Below are positions 13,550 to 26,410 of a stretch of DNA of 64,000 nucleotides, piece after piece; the first letter of the stretch is position 1, and the number at the start of each line of letters is the position of its first letter. The notes beneath the pieces were generated by a model. It saw only the letters and a list, made by a program, of their open reading frames with translations. It made no database searches and was not told the origin of the DNA. This DNA comes from Lama glama (lineage: Eukaryota), in NCBI GenBank assembly GCA_028534125.1, contig CM052818.1:7628001-7692000 (forward strand), written 5' to 3'. A program made the translations under genes and the position numbers.

Positions 13550-14305
13550 TTTTGTTCAGATATCCATTCACCCTAGTGTGGCTTAGGAACCTCAGAGGAA
13601 AGTAAACTCCCAGCTTCGGGTTGTGGACGGGTGGGTAGGGGGTTGTGCCCTGATGGTCTAAGCCAGCATTTTTTGGCAGAGACGCTGTTGGCATTGAGGC
13701 AGGCTAATTCTTCATTGTACAGGACTATCCTGTCCATTGCAAGACATTGGAAGTTCCTAGCTCCCTACTAAATGCCAGTGACACCCCAAGTCAACATTTC
13801 CCAGTACTCCCAAGGAGGTGTTGCTGCCCACAGTTGAGAACCACTGGTCTAAATTAATCATGGTAATCCCATCTCCCTTGCTGCTGTGATTGGCTCAAGG
13901 GTGGACAATTTAGACCTGAGTGAATTAGCACATGGCAATCTCCTAGTCACCATTATTGGCTCCTGCTATTCCAATTAATGGAAGGTTAAGATTTTTGTTT
14001 GCTGATCACAGACTCACTCCCTCTCAGTCCCTCTGGACATAACAAGGGATTATGTAGGCCCAATTGCTACTGACATCCAGACTATAACCACTAGAGGAGT
14101 CAGTTCCGGGATGAAGCTGACACTGAGGGTTGGTGGAGTGGAGACACAGAAAGAAACAGGTAACAACGACCTTGGTAACTTTGAACTGCAACCAACCCAA
14201 GGCCTTGCCATTGCTGAACTTTCAGTCCCTTGGGTTAATAAATGCCCTTAATACTTAAGCCAGTTAGACCTGGGCTGCCTGTTCTTGCAAATGAAACATA
14301 TTAAT
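13550..14305 (+). mobile_element. MaLR LTR (old MLT1 type) interrupted by a MER20-like element
   Basis: MLT1-like body (aatcatggtaatcccatctccc..gattggctcaagggtgg) and 3' end (aataaatgccctt..cttaagccagtt..cttgcaa). Confidence 0.6.
13664..13846 (-). mobile_element. MER20-like hAT-Charlie MITE
   Basis: cag...gttgagaaccactg termini; imperfect 8-bp TSD gtctaagc / gtctaaat. Confidence 0.7.
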
Positions 14306-16689
14306 AAAAGAGGGAAGCAGAGAAAGATTGGGTCAAGGGAGTAGAAGTAAAGGGAAGGATGTAAATGAGAGTAAAGGTAGATGAATGCAGGGCCTTATGT
14401 CTTGGGTAGAAACCAAGGAAAACAGAAGACGTATGCTGAGTTTGGCTGGAGGTAAGGTTTTATAAAAATTAGTCTCTGTTCTCTTGGACTGGGGGTTGAG
14501 GGTAATCAGAACAGTTCTAGCATTGTGCTAGGATAACCCAATGAGGTTTGTATTAACTCTAATGTGCAGAAGAAGAAACTCAGGACTCACCAAAGGACCC
14601 AAAGCTAGTAGCTGGCAGAGGTAAGTCCTGGTGAGTTTGACTCCAATACTCAAGCCCTTCCCCCTAGTTCCCCATTGCTACTTGCTGCCAAGGGGGTGGA
14701 AATAACCAGATCCGCCCCTCCTCAATCCATCCTTTCCTTGCCTCAGTCCAGGATGGCAGGCAAGACTGGGTGGGTAGGATTGTTTTCCCCTGTAGGGTGG
14801 ATGCTCTACCTGCAGGATGTGTGGTACTGTGTCTAGGGTACAAAGCACAGATGGAACATGGGCTTCCTGAAGGGGCAAGACAGACACTGACAAAACCAAC
14901 ATCAGCACAACTGAAAGGAACAACCCCAGGGTGCACTGAGAAGTGGCTCAGATTCCTGGTGAGACGAAAAGTATTTAATGTTAATTGTCAAGCACAGAAT
15001 ATTAGATTTTGTGCATCTGCATTTTTTTTATTTCAGAAACTTTTATTTTTCCCATTTTACTTTATTTTTTGAATAGTTAATGCCTATGTGTGGTACAAAT
15101 GCAAACGTTACAAAAGGTATACAGTGAAAAATAAGTGTTTCTCTCTCGTCTGTCTCCCAGCTACCCTCCCTGGAGGCAACCAGTGTTGACAGTATCAATC
15201 CCTGTCCCCGCCTCTCACCCTCCCTGCTCCATTGTAGACTGAGGTCATAAGCTGAGTTCTCTCCATTCAGCAAAGATACAGACCTTCCTAATGTAGCAGC
15301 CTTGAAATGTACACACTTAAAAAATCAGATTTGCAAAAACATATATACAGTAACTCTGTTCTCTATAATGACTTGCTAAAAAGCCCCCAATGTAGGTGGA
15401 AAACACTTGATCTTGCTGATTTAAAGGTATCTCAGTCTCTTTAGGTTTAAAACAGTCTCCTTGGGAAATCAGTCTTTCAAGGTTTCTCCCTCATCCCAGA
15501 GTTCTCATCTCCCCATTCCCTTACCCAAAATGTTGCCCAGGTGGAGGGGAGGCTATAGAGGAGGTGTGGGAGAAGTCAGCCAACCGCCAGGCCTTCCTGG
15601 CCTCGAGGTCTTGGTGAGGAAACTGTTCTCTCTGGCCTTTGGGCCTACATTGACTCCAGCTACTGACAGCCACGGTCCCTGCCACGGCCCTCAGTGGTAA
15701 AGGCCATACCCTGTGTACCTCCTTAGCCTAAGGCCAGGCCTCCTCCCCCCACATTCCCCCCAGCCTTCGTCGTCGTCCCACAGATCTCCTGCAGCCCACG
15801 CGCAGACCCGGGAACTGTCACAAGGCCTCTCACTGCCTAACCCTCGCATTTCCACTTCTCTGTTCCGAAGGGAAAGCAGGGCACGCCTCCCTCCTTCTTC
15901 AGGGCTCCTCCACCCCTCATCTGAGACAACCCTGTGCCTACTCCCTCTGACTCTCACAACTTCCTGCCTGCTGCTTAAAATTTTATCTTCCTTTCCAGTC
16001 ATGGGAAAATGGCTCTGACATCATATCCTGTGTTCTTCTTGGCACTGTGATCTGCTCAGGGGCAGTCCTCCAATCTCTCCCTCATCCGTGTATATAAATA
16101 CATTTTTTTTTCCTTTCAACAAAGCCTGGCTTTTACTAATCAAAAGCACTTAATTTCAAACTATTGTCTTGCTATGAATTTTTTTAAAATCCTATTTTGA
16201 AACTCAAAGCTAAATGATGACTTAGCCATTCTTGGCTGGGTTTTTCCTCCCCGTGACTCAAAGCATGTCATTGACTCAATGGGTGGGGGAGCCATGGGGA
16301 CAGGGTTTACTCGGAAGGCAAACATGCTGGTTGAATATTTCACAAATGTTATCTCCATTACATCAGCATAAGTGCAGGCTGAGGGGAAGCCAATGTCAGT
16401 GTGGTAAATGTTACTGAGTTCTCAATTGTAACATGGGTACACCACCCACTTCATGCGAAAACTTCATGGTCCTCAAAGTGAACATAAAACCGAACTCCTG
16501 ATTCTACCATGATCCACCCAACTAGGCAGCGAGAGCATGAGTCATTCTGGATTCCTCTCTTTCCTTCCCACTTCATATATAATCCATCTGCTGTGCCAAA
16601 CCACCAAAGGGGATGGGAGACTTTTTCCTGTCACAAAAGTGCTATCTGGGCCAGCAGTGGCCTTGTTGCTGAAAACCTCGGCCTAGCCA

Positions 16690-17325
16690 CCAGCATCTGC
16701 CGCTGGCCTTCTGCCATTGTCTCCTCCCTGGTCTCCCTGCTGCCATGTTTGACCTCCTAAAATCTATTCTCCCCTGATCAGCCAGATTTAATCTTTTTAA
16801 AATGTAAATTAGATCCTATCACTTCCTGGCTTCCCTGCTTTAAATCCTCCAATAGCTTCTCCTCACTCTTTGACCTGGCTCTGTGTCTCTCTTCAGCCAC
16901 ATCTCTTTATCTCCTTCCAAACCTTCCCTGTTACTTTGCTCCGGCCACACTGCCCATCTCTCTGCCCTCAAACACATCAGGCTCATTTTGACCCCAGGTC
17001 CTTTGCACTTACTGTTTCTTTGCTAGCAGAGCTTTTCCCTAGATTGTCACACTGCTGCCTCTTTCATAGCCTTCAGGTCTGAACTGAGATGTCACTCAGG
17101 AACCATATCCCACCCCAGGTACCATGGACGAATGACCCTATTTTATCTTCTTCATAGCCCTTAGTTCCTGAAATTGTATTATTTGTTTACATGTTTATTA
17201 CTCCCCCCTCCTCACTTGTCATGCACCCAGCTTGGACAGGGACTTGGTTTGCCTTCTTCAGCTCTGTATTGTTGCATTAAACAGTGCCTGGCTCATAATA
17301 AACAGTAAATATGTGTGGACCAAAC
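16690..17325 (+). mobile_element. LINE-2 3' fragment
   Basis: Pyrimidine-rich sense L2 sequence (ctttgcacttactgtt..., acagtgcctggctcataataaacagtaaatatg). Confidence 0.75.
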
Positions 17326-18434
17326 CAACTCATTTCATCCAGAAGGGAAGAGGAAAAAGACAATAGTTTTTAACTTGACAAGCACTCATGGATTCCTTTT
17401 TTTTTTTTTTTTTTCAGTTTACCACATAGAAGAAATCATTCAATTCTACTAGTTTTTATGTAGAGGAATCATAAGATTAACGTGGCTTTCTAGTGAGAAA
17501 CTTGGCTTCAAGACAGAACTAGCATCTCTCTTTATGTCACAGAAAAGGAGCTTTTTCAAATAATCAAGTCAGATCAAAGTATAAATTGTTAGTCTTATTT
17601 GCTGGGGACAAAATTTGAATGATTGCGAGTGTGTTGGCTGTGTTCTTAACCTGCTGCAGATCACCTGCTATTTTAAGGTTCCCTGAGTGCTGGAAGTTGT
17701 TTACTTGATTTCTTTCATTTTAAGTGTGGCTGAAGAGGCAGGGCTGATCAGAGGCAAGATGTAAAAAGGGTGGCAATAGTAGTGATTTTTCAGGCACACT
17801 ATAAAACAATTACCCACAATCTTTAGGTACTTTTTGTACTTTCAAAACTAAAAATAAGCTTTCCTTGATACAAGCTAAAATTTTTTTGAATAACTGATAC
17901 ACTGGAAAGCCCTGAACAGCTGCACAAACACTGAAGCAGGGACTTTAAAACTTAGCTCTGAGAGACATGTTTTAGAACAAAGATACAGGAAAAGTAGGCC
18001 TCATCTTGGTCAAAATAGATGAGGTCAAACATACTTCTCCATTCCCAGTGTCTGAGTCTGAAAGTTCTATCATTAGAGCTTCATTTTTTATCCTGGAGTT
18101 CTCTTTTAAAATGCATATATTCCTGGAAATGTATTAGACTAATTCATGAGGCTATTGAAATCAATTAGGTCCATTTCCTTTCAGTGGGAGAGATCAGCAA
18201 GAGAGCCCTGAAGGAGAGGGAAAGAGATGCACTTAGAGAGATTAGAAGCACTAACTCTGGCTTTGCTGAACCTAGAATGGGCCCAGTACAGTACAGTAGT
18301 TGTTGAAGTACTTTAGGTAATAATATTGTGAGGCAAATAATTTAAAAGTGAGTTTTGTGATGTGAGTTACTTAATCTGAGAAAATGGATTTTTTAAACTT
18401 CAAGTGTTGCTATGCAATATGAATTTTGATGAAT

Positions 18435-18905
18435 TTTTTCCAGTTAGGGTCCCAACAGGAAACAGATGGTGCACTTAAATTAGGATACGTTGAAGAGAGT
18501 TTCATTTCAAGGAGACTATTTGTAAGGGGGTTCTTGGGCTGTAATGGAAACCCAAGGGACAGTTTAGGAACTAGGGGTTAGAAGGGACAGAGGGGTTGAC
18601 ACCCTTAGGCCCTAAGGGATTGATTATCAGACTCCGGAAAGGGAGTGTTGTTTGGAGCAGACCACAGTAAGGGGAGCAATGACCTTGACCCAGCCAACCT
18701 CACCAGGAAAAAGCCAAGGGATGAATACCTTGACCTCATTCTTCTCCCTTCCTCTGGTCTTCTGCAAGGGCTCCGCATTGGCTAAACCCAATTCGAAGCC
18801 AAAGAGAAAGGGGATACATTCATACAGGGTCAGCCTCCCTGGGCGAAGAGGAAGCTAGAAAACCATGGAGAGTGGATCTCAGGAACAAAAGGAAGTTAAC
18901 CAGCA
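18435..18905 (-). mobile_element. Ancient ERVL/MaLR-class LTR relic
   Basis: tagggtcccaacaggaaacagatggtgcact...gagagttt...gactattt resembles the antisense end of old ERVL-class LTRs; subfamily uncertain. Confidence 0.5.
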
Positions 18906-20098
18906 TAATGACATTTCCATTCATTTGACAAGATGCGCTGAGGAAGAGCCATCCAACATCCCTCCATCTTCCCACTGCAAGCTTTCAGAATGAAGCTGTT
19001 TGGGGCTGGAGGAAAGGAAAAGATGTGTTCTTAAAATCAGATTTGGAGTTTTAATTAATATCTTAGACTTATCTAATTTCTGCTTCAAGACTATGTTTAT
19101 AACTGAAATTGACAGTCTCTGATGCCAGAAAATTTAAGGCCCTGCCAGAATTTTCATCCTAGAGCAGAGAAAGATGACCCTCCATCCCCCTTACCACCTG
19201 ACTTTATATATGTGTAAGGGAACAGTGGAGGGTATACAAGGTTGCTTTTCGATTAGGTCAAAGAATTGTGCTTATTTAAGAGACCACGTTTGTAATCTTT
19301 ACCAGCTTTCTCACATTATGAGTAATGAAACTGAATTTCAGAGACCTTGGTTTACATGCCCCAGTTCCGCAAGCCATTTCACACCCAAGTCAAAACTAGA
19401 ATTATGAATTGAGACATATATATGGTATGCAGTTATAGGATTATGGAATCACTTAGCACTGGAGCCAAACAAGGCCAAAGACACTGATTAGCTACCTTTG
19501 CTCTGTCCCTCAGCTGCAGACATTACCTTTGGATCACTCAGTATTTGGTGAACGGTGAAGTCTCACTGGCCAGGCCAGGCTTCCTTGTTATAATGACTTG
19601 TACCTCAGCTCTGAGGTTTAGACCTTACTTTGGGATGCAGAAACTCATTTCAACTGTTCACCCAAGAATAACCAGGTCCTGGTGAATTGCCAACCTTACA
19701 ACAAACAGATTAACTGGTAAATAAAAATGTCTGTTGAATTACCCTAAGAAATGTTACTGTCAACAAGACAAAATTGGTGTCAGCTAGTCAACAGTCTATG
19801 CCTGAATTGTTTAGAGAAAGAATATAGGCAAATCAGAAATTCACTTCCATTCTCAAGAAAATAACTCAAAGGATAAATCTCATCGATATTGGGTCAAAGG
19901 CATAAACGTCACATTGTAAATGACAATATGTAACATTGATAAATTGCTTTACTGACAGTATATCCTGCATTTTTTTTCAAATTCCTGGATGTTTTTGATG
20001 TGTATATACCACAGTGTGGTGAAACCTTGGCATCATAAATCTTTGACTAGCCAAAACTTAATTAAAACCTTTAATTTGAAAGAATTTCTTCTGAGACA

Positions 20099-20935
20099 TG
20101 TTCCAGTTACCAATTCATTTCTTCTCAGCTCCACAAATCCACTCTTCACTGCCCTGCTTTGTGATGTTGGAGCTGAATCCTGGAAACATTTCTCCTTTGC
20201 AGCTGGCGTGATGTTTTGTCAGTAAAGAACACGGGAGGGCCACTGCAGGAGGAAAGTGCATCTCTTCTTTGTTCTGATATAGTTTTCCTTCTGCAGTGCG
20301 TGGCAGCCAGCGGGAGCCAGAATCCCAACCACACTCAACCACCCAGCAAGTCTCCCAGGTACCCCAGGAGGTGATTTCTTGCTTCCCTACCCTGACTTGC
20401 AGCACCTCAGTAAATCTCTCTACCATCTAATGGGTGACAGCTACACCCTCTTTAGTGAAGGCCGAATCTCAGCTTTGGAGGGGAGAAAGGGCTCTTCCAA
20501 ATTTGTTTCTTCCTTAGGTACTTGGCCTTAGTCCTAGGGCAAGCATTCTTAGCGGGGGTAAAAATTGGTTTGGCAGGGTGGTGTGTGTGAAATAATCTTA
20601 GGTATTACAATGGTTTATTGCCCTCTGAAAGGCCACAGCACATAAACAGATATACAGTCTAAATATAAATACAGTATTAGAATTTCATGAAAGGGAGCAA
20701 TAAAGGGGAAAAATATCTAAAAAGTCTCCTTAGGAGAGTAATAATGAAAAAAAATCTGAGTAACACTTCCCTAGACTCAGTAGCTGCTCCCCATTTCGAC
20801 TGTTCCCATATTCTTTAGAGGTCTCTTTACGCCTTAGTAGTTAATCCCATTTTTAGTTAATATACTTTACATTAAACTTTCCCTGTTTGAATTACTATGT
20901 AGTTTCTGTCTTCTGCCTGGATTTGGACTAATACA
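20099..20935 (+). mobile_element. ERVL LTR (LTR33/LTR41-like) with an internal hAT-type MITE at ~20540-20768
   Basis: TG start (tgttccagttacc..tctcagctcca..ctgctttgtgatgttggagctg), attaaa signal and gactaataca end; the insert is flanked by cctag on both sides. Confidence 0.65.
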
Positions 20936-22023
20936 GTACTCTTGACATCCATGGGGAAAAAAGGCATATAGTAATTGAAAATATACTAAAACCAGAGGCT
21001 GAGTTTTTTAAAAAAGTCAGGACATTTCCTAGAACCTGTAGAGATCAGTCTCCAGCTACTCAAGTCGTATACAGTGAGGATATGTGTTCAGGATGATGAT
21101 CTTGGGACCATGACAGATGCTGAATGACCAAAGACAGGTTGTAAGTTTAAACTTAGTAAAGCAAAAGGCAGGTTAAAAACTAGGGTTGAAACAACACAGG
21201 TTTTCTGGCTAGCCTTTAACCAGTACAACACGTACTATAGATACTGAACACATTTTTTGTCTATAACTGTTTTATTAAGTGCCAAACTCTGTAATAATAA
21301 TGATGACTATAATCATAAAAATAACTAACATTTATTGGGTACTTACTATGTGTGCCAGCACTGTTCTAAGCTCTGTCACTCTGACAAGAGGGCTGAGGAT
21401 GGATAGGAAAGAGGCGAGGATAAGCCTGGAGGTTGGTTAGGAGGCTGCGGAAGTCCAGGCATGACATGGTGGTGGTTGGGTTAGAGTGATAGCAGGGCTG
21501 TTGACTTACTGATACCCAGACCAGAAGGGGCTTTCCAGTCTCTTCAGCCACCAGATAGTCTATACCAGCTCAATCATTTAATTCACTACCAGAGAAACAG
21601 GAGTAGAGATGAAAATAGAATTATTTATTTATGTAAATTCCCACTGTGTGGCCATACTGTTCTACCAAATGTTAGAGGTACCCAGTAGCAATAACCACAC
21701 CTTTTTAGCACCTCATAACTCCTTGTAAAGCTACAAAATGGTACTGCTAATATAGGACCATGTAGAATATATTTAAGACTTTGGGATAGGGAAGAACTTT
21801 GTAAATCAGATCCCAAAACACAAGCCATGATGAAAAAATTTTGATAGATTTGACGGTACCAAAATTAAGGATTTATGTCCAGTGAAAGCCATCATAGACA
21901 AACTTATGCAGACAGAGGACAGACTGAAAGAAAATATTTAGAAGATATTTCGAACCAACAAAGAATTAAAACCTAACATATGTAAGGAGTTCCAGCAAAG
22001 CAAATGAACTACTCAATAGAAAC

Positions 22024-22456
22024 TGTTAAAGAAATAACACTTCTTAAAGATGGTAAGGCAGACTTTATTCAGGACCATCACCTGGCTATGGGGACTACTG
22101 CAATGGGAGTCTACAATGGGGGAGAGAGACTGGGCTCAACACCAAATAGAAGATGGGTAAATGGGCAGGGTTGTGGTGGGTGGGGGGAGCGGTCAGTGAA
22201 TGGAAAATTACTAAGAGGAAAAGCAGGGGTAAGGGATGTTCTGGCTAAATCACACTAACAAGATGTTTGCTGAAAACAGGCCAAGGTGATCAGACAACAC
22301 CTGGGAGGTGATGGAGGCTGAGGAACCTGATCAGATATCTGGTTAAGCTGACTTAGCAGGGTTCTTGCTAAAACTAGATTTGACAAGTGTAGAGATGGGC
22401 CTAGGAGAAAGTTCAGGAGCCTGACGAAACTTTGGTAATGTAAAGAATCTTTGGTA
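22024..22456 (-). mobile_element. MER31-like solo LTR (ERV1)
   Basis: tgttaaagaaa..gactttattcaggaccatc..tggaaaattactaagaggaa..gacttagcagggttcttgctaaaact..aaagaatctttg; 4-bp TSD aaac on both sides. Confidence 0.8.
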
Positions 22457-23046
22457 AAACACTGACAAAAAGAATATCCAGTTCTCAGAAATAGAAGTCC
22501 AAATGGCTGAGAAGGGTTGAAAAGAAGTTCAATGTCACTAGTAAACAGAGAAAGGCATATTAAGACTGTGTGAAATATCACCCTACACACAGATTTGTAA
22601 AAGTTAGAAAGTTGGACAGTCTTGATTTGGCACTCTTGTCAAAGATATAAGGAAACAAGGATCCTCATGTGCTGCCAGTGGGACTGTAGATACATACAGG
22701 TATTCTAGAGAGCACTTTGGCAGTATTAAATGTGTGTGTGTGTGCGCGTGCGTGTACCAATGCACGTGTGTTCACGTGCACACATGCAACCTATGACTTT
22801 GAAACCCTCTCCACACTGGTTCAGAAGGAGACATGTATGAAGATGTCAACAAACAAACAAGGTTGTCTGTGGTACAAGGGAGTTAGAGGCAGTCCAGGTG
22901 TCCCAACACTAGAGGAATGGATATGTTCAAAGCATCTGACACATGATATGGAACCTTATGCAACAGTTCAAAGAAGCAAGCTGGATGTGTGTAAAGGAAC
23001 ATGGAAAGAACTTAAAAACAGCACTGTGTAAAAAAGCAAGAAACAA

Positions 23047-23155
23047 GGGGAGGTATAGCTCAGTGGTAGAGCATGTGCCTAGCATATACGAGGTCCTGGG
23101 TTCAATCCCCAGTACCTCCATATAAAAATAAATAAATAAACCTAATTACCACCCC
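23047..23155 (+). mobile_element. tRNA-Ala-derived camelid SINE (Vic-1-like)
   Basis: Head folds as a near-complete cloverleaf; perfect 17-bp TSD taaaaaagcaagaaaca at 23029-23045 and 23156-23172. Confidence 0.92.
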
Positions 23156-24462
23156 TAAAAAAGCAAGAAACAGAGTAAGAGCCATTAAACAATAGAGAAT
23201 TAAAACACATACTTTCATAAAACAACATTATAAAAAAAACAACTTGGGGATTCATGCCTATCCAAGCACATATTAAATACATCAGAGTGGCTGCCAATGC
23301 TGGAGATGAAAGGGGAAAATAATAAAATAAAATAAAACAAGAAAAAGATAAAGTGAAATAAAACAAGAAGAGACCTTGTATGGATGATCACATAACATCA
23401 TGAAACTGAGCAGGGTGATTAACTCCAGTCTTTGCACTTAAAGTCCAAAAGAAAAAAATAGCTGTAACTACTGTCTTTCTTGAAGTTCTTTTCATTCTGC
23501 AAATGAAATGTGATACCTACCTTTTGAGATAATCCATGTGAACTGCGTGTGAACAGCTCCTCCATCTAGCCACACTTGAGCAAAGCACACAACCTCGGAA
23601 AGCCACACGATGGGAATTAAATAGAGTGGAGGATACACCTGTAAACCAAATTCTATAAACCAAAGCCTAAATGCAGCCTTACTGATGAAACCAGAAGTGC
23701 AGTGTGGGACCAAGAATGAACATGTCACATGTGAGGTCAGATCAGTGACCTCAGCCTGGTTATTTCTATCAAGCAAAAAGAAGAATTATTTGAAATATTA
23801 TCTAACTATGAAAAGTAGAAGAGAGAACACAAGTAGCTCCAAGACATCTGCAAAGACAAGTTAGTTGGCAAAGGTGGGTTATTTGGTGTCACCAGGCGAT
23901 ATAAAATGCATAGTTTACATATGTGTGTGTACATAATTTTTTAAGTGAATTAATTTCAGGATTCTATTCACTTCAAAATGCCTTCAGTCAAACAGGAAGC
24001 ACAAAAGTGCCTGGTCTGATTCCAGGACGCTTCCTTTTTAAGCCTGCCAGGTCTATCCCCGCGCAGGGAATGAGTGCAGGCCAGGCTGAATATTTCTCTG
24101 TGTTTCTGAGAAAGGCTTGTCTTGCCCAAATCCTTGCAGCTGCAAACACCACCTGTGGAATGAATCTGCTGCCCTTTTTCAGTTCATTCTTTCTCATCTC
24201 CAACTGCCTGCCTAGACAGATGATTGCTGGGAGTTCACATGCCTTTTATTTTTCCTCAGCTCTAAAACTATAGCCATCTAACTTCAATTACACTCTAAAG
24301 TTAGCAGGAACTGCTTTTAAATGGAAGCCTAAGAGGTGGGGAAGTGAGGGAGGGAGGAGTGAATTCTTGATTCTCTGATGCTATATTACCACCTGATTCT
24401 CTGAACTGTTAACTTCTGTACTTAAAAATTCCTTTATCTGGCCATTAAAGTGAATGATTCTA

Positions 24463-24598
24463 GGGGGAGGGTATAACTCAAATGGTAGAGTGCACATTTA
24501 GCATGCATGAGGTCCTGAGTTCAATCCCCAGTTGTCTCCTCCAAAAATAAATGAGTAAATAAACAAACGTAATTACTTCCCCCCCCAAATTTTTTTAA
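24463..24598 (+). mobile_element. tRNA-Ala-derived camelid SINE (Vic-1-like)
   Basis: Same head and body; TSD aaag(t/a)gaatgattcta at 24447-24462 and 24599-24614. Confidence 0.9.
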
Positions 24599-26231
24599 AA
24601 AGAGAATGATTCTATAAACTGTAATCCACCAGCATACTTAGATATTTGAACACATTTTTGGCTACCATTTCATAGTGGACTCACTACAGGTTTAACTAAA
24701 AGTATATCAAGATAACCTTTAGCAGCATGCCAAATTTAATTAAATAAAATTAGCTTTAAAATGTATATTCACTTAAAAGAATATAACTTTTTAAAAGTAT
24801 ATAAAGACAGATGATTAAAGTAAAACTATCACAAAGTCTTAGAATTTTGTAGGAGAAAAGAACCTTAGCAATTACTGGCCGGTTCTCAACCTCTTTTTCT
24901 CTCTCTCAGCCATTGCAACGTGCTCTCACACAATGAGTCTCACCTGGGAAGGACAAACATCCACACCGTAGTTTGAAAAGATCCCTCTTCTCTGTCCTCA
25001 CACTGAGTTTATTCATTTTTCAAAGACCATGTGGTGCTAATTGATAATAAAAGTAATAGCATCATTCAGACTGTTCCTGTTTTATGGGCCAGACTCTGCC
25101 TCACCTTGAACCGAATGACATAGAGCAGGCGTCTATGCAGCTATTGTCGTAAAACAACCGAGTCCCCACCTGCAGAGAAGCAATGAGTCCCTCAACACTG
25201 TTTATGTCTCTTTTTAACCTTACAACTTAATTCCACACTTCCTCTGCTATTGATGAAAGTATTATTTAGCACTCAACTAAAACTTTTTTATTGGCTAGTA
25301 TTAAAGTATTTGCTTTATTACCAAAAGCCTAAAATATTATTAATCAACTAACAATTTTTATGATGTAGTATCTGGCTTTGATTTTTTAAAAATATTATTA
25401 TGCATATTCATGTAGAAATGTTACAAAATAGAGCAAACATTTTGAACAGAAATGAGAAAACAAAAAGGGAAAACATTCTTCATAATTGTGCCACCTAGAA
25501 GAAACAGCATTTTCCAGTATATACTTCTAATCTTAAATAAGAATGTTTTCGTCCTAAGCAAGAATATTTTACTTAAAAATTTTCACCCAAACAGACTTGT
25601 TTCTACAAAGGTGAGCGTCTGAGAAACAGCTTCTCTTGTGCAGACAGCAGGTTCTGCGTTGGGGGAAGGAAGTGGCTCACATCCTGACAAACAGGGCATC
25701 ATTGTTACTCTATCAGAACTGGCATAAAGCCTTCTTCAGCCAGAAAGACAATTATGTGACAGAGAAACCAAGAGTTGCCCTGTCTTAGGGGAAAGTGGCT
25801 TAAAAGCAGATTTTATTCACATACAGAGTATGCTAGGCATTTTCCACGTCTTCTCTCTAATTATTACAACCCAGAAAAATGAGGGGTTGAATCCGAGCTT
25901 CTCCTTACAAGCCAGGTAACCACAGATAAGTTCAAAGCCTCTCTCTGCCACATGTTCCTCATCTGTTAAATAGGGACAATAATAGTTTTTGCAGAGACCA
26001 ATGAGTTATTACAACAGAGCCCTTAGTGCCCGGCCTGCAGTAAGATTCCCACAAACAGCGGCGGCAGTGTTGTTATGGCTCTGGATTGTCTGGAGGATCA
26101 TGTGAAATACTCTATTTGAACCCCCTGCCACACTTAGGAATTATTATGACAATACTCAGTATTGCAAGGAGAGCTTGTTCTTGACCACTCACCTTTTCAC
26201 TTGGCAGGACTTCCTTGTTTTTCCTCTAGTC

Positions 26232-26410
26232 CAGTACTGTTTAGTAGAACTGTCTGTGATCATAGAAATGGTCAGTAATCTGTTCTATCCAATATGGTAG
26301 CCACTAGTCAAATTTGGCTATTGAGCTCTTAAAACGTGGCTAGTGCAACTGAGGAATTGAATTTTTTGTTTTAATTTAATTTTAATTAACTTAAATAATC
26401 ACAGCTAGTT
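26232..26410. mobile_element. MER3-like hAT-Charlie MITE
   Basis: tccaatatggtagccactagtca..tggctattgagc.cttaaaacgtggctagtgcaactgaggaa.tgaatttt. Confidence 0.8.

Larger units (their letters stand above)
21755..23340 (+). mobile_element. Old LINE-1 fragment hosting a MER31-like LTR and a SINE
   Basis: Degenerate L1 ORF2/3' UTR sequence (aaaaaattttgatagatttgac..aaaattaagga; gagacatgtatgaagatgtca). Confidence 0.65.

Noticed and set aside
8044..24540. tRNA-Ala-like sequences as genuine tRNA genes
   Set aside because: Each has a SINE body, an A-rich tail and TSDs, so they are retroposed SINEs.
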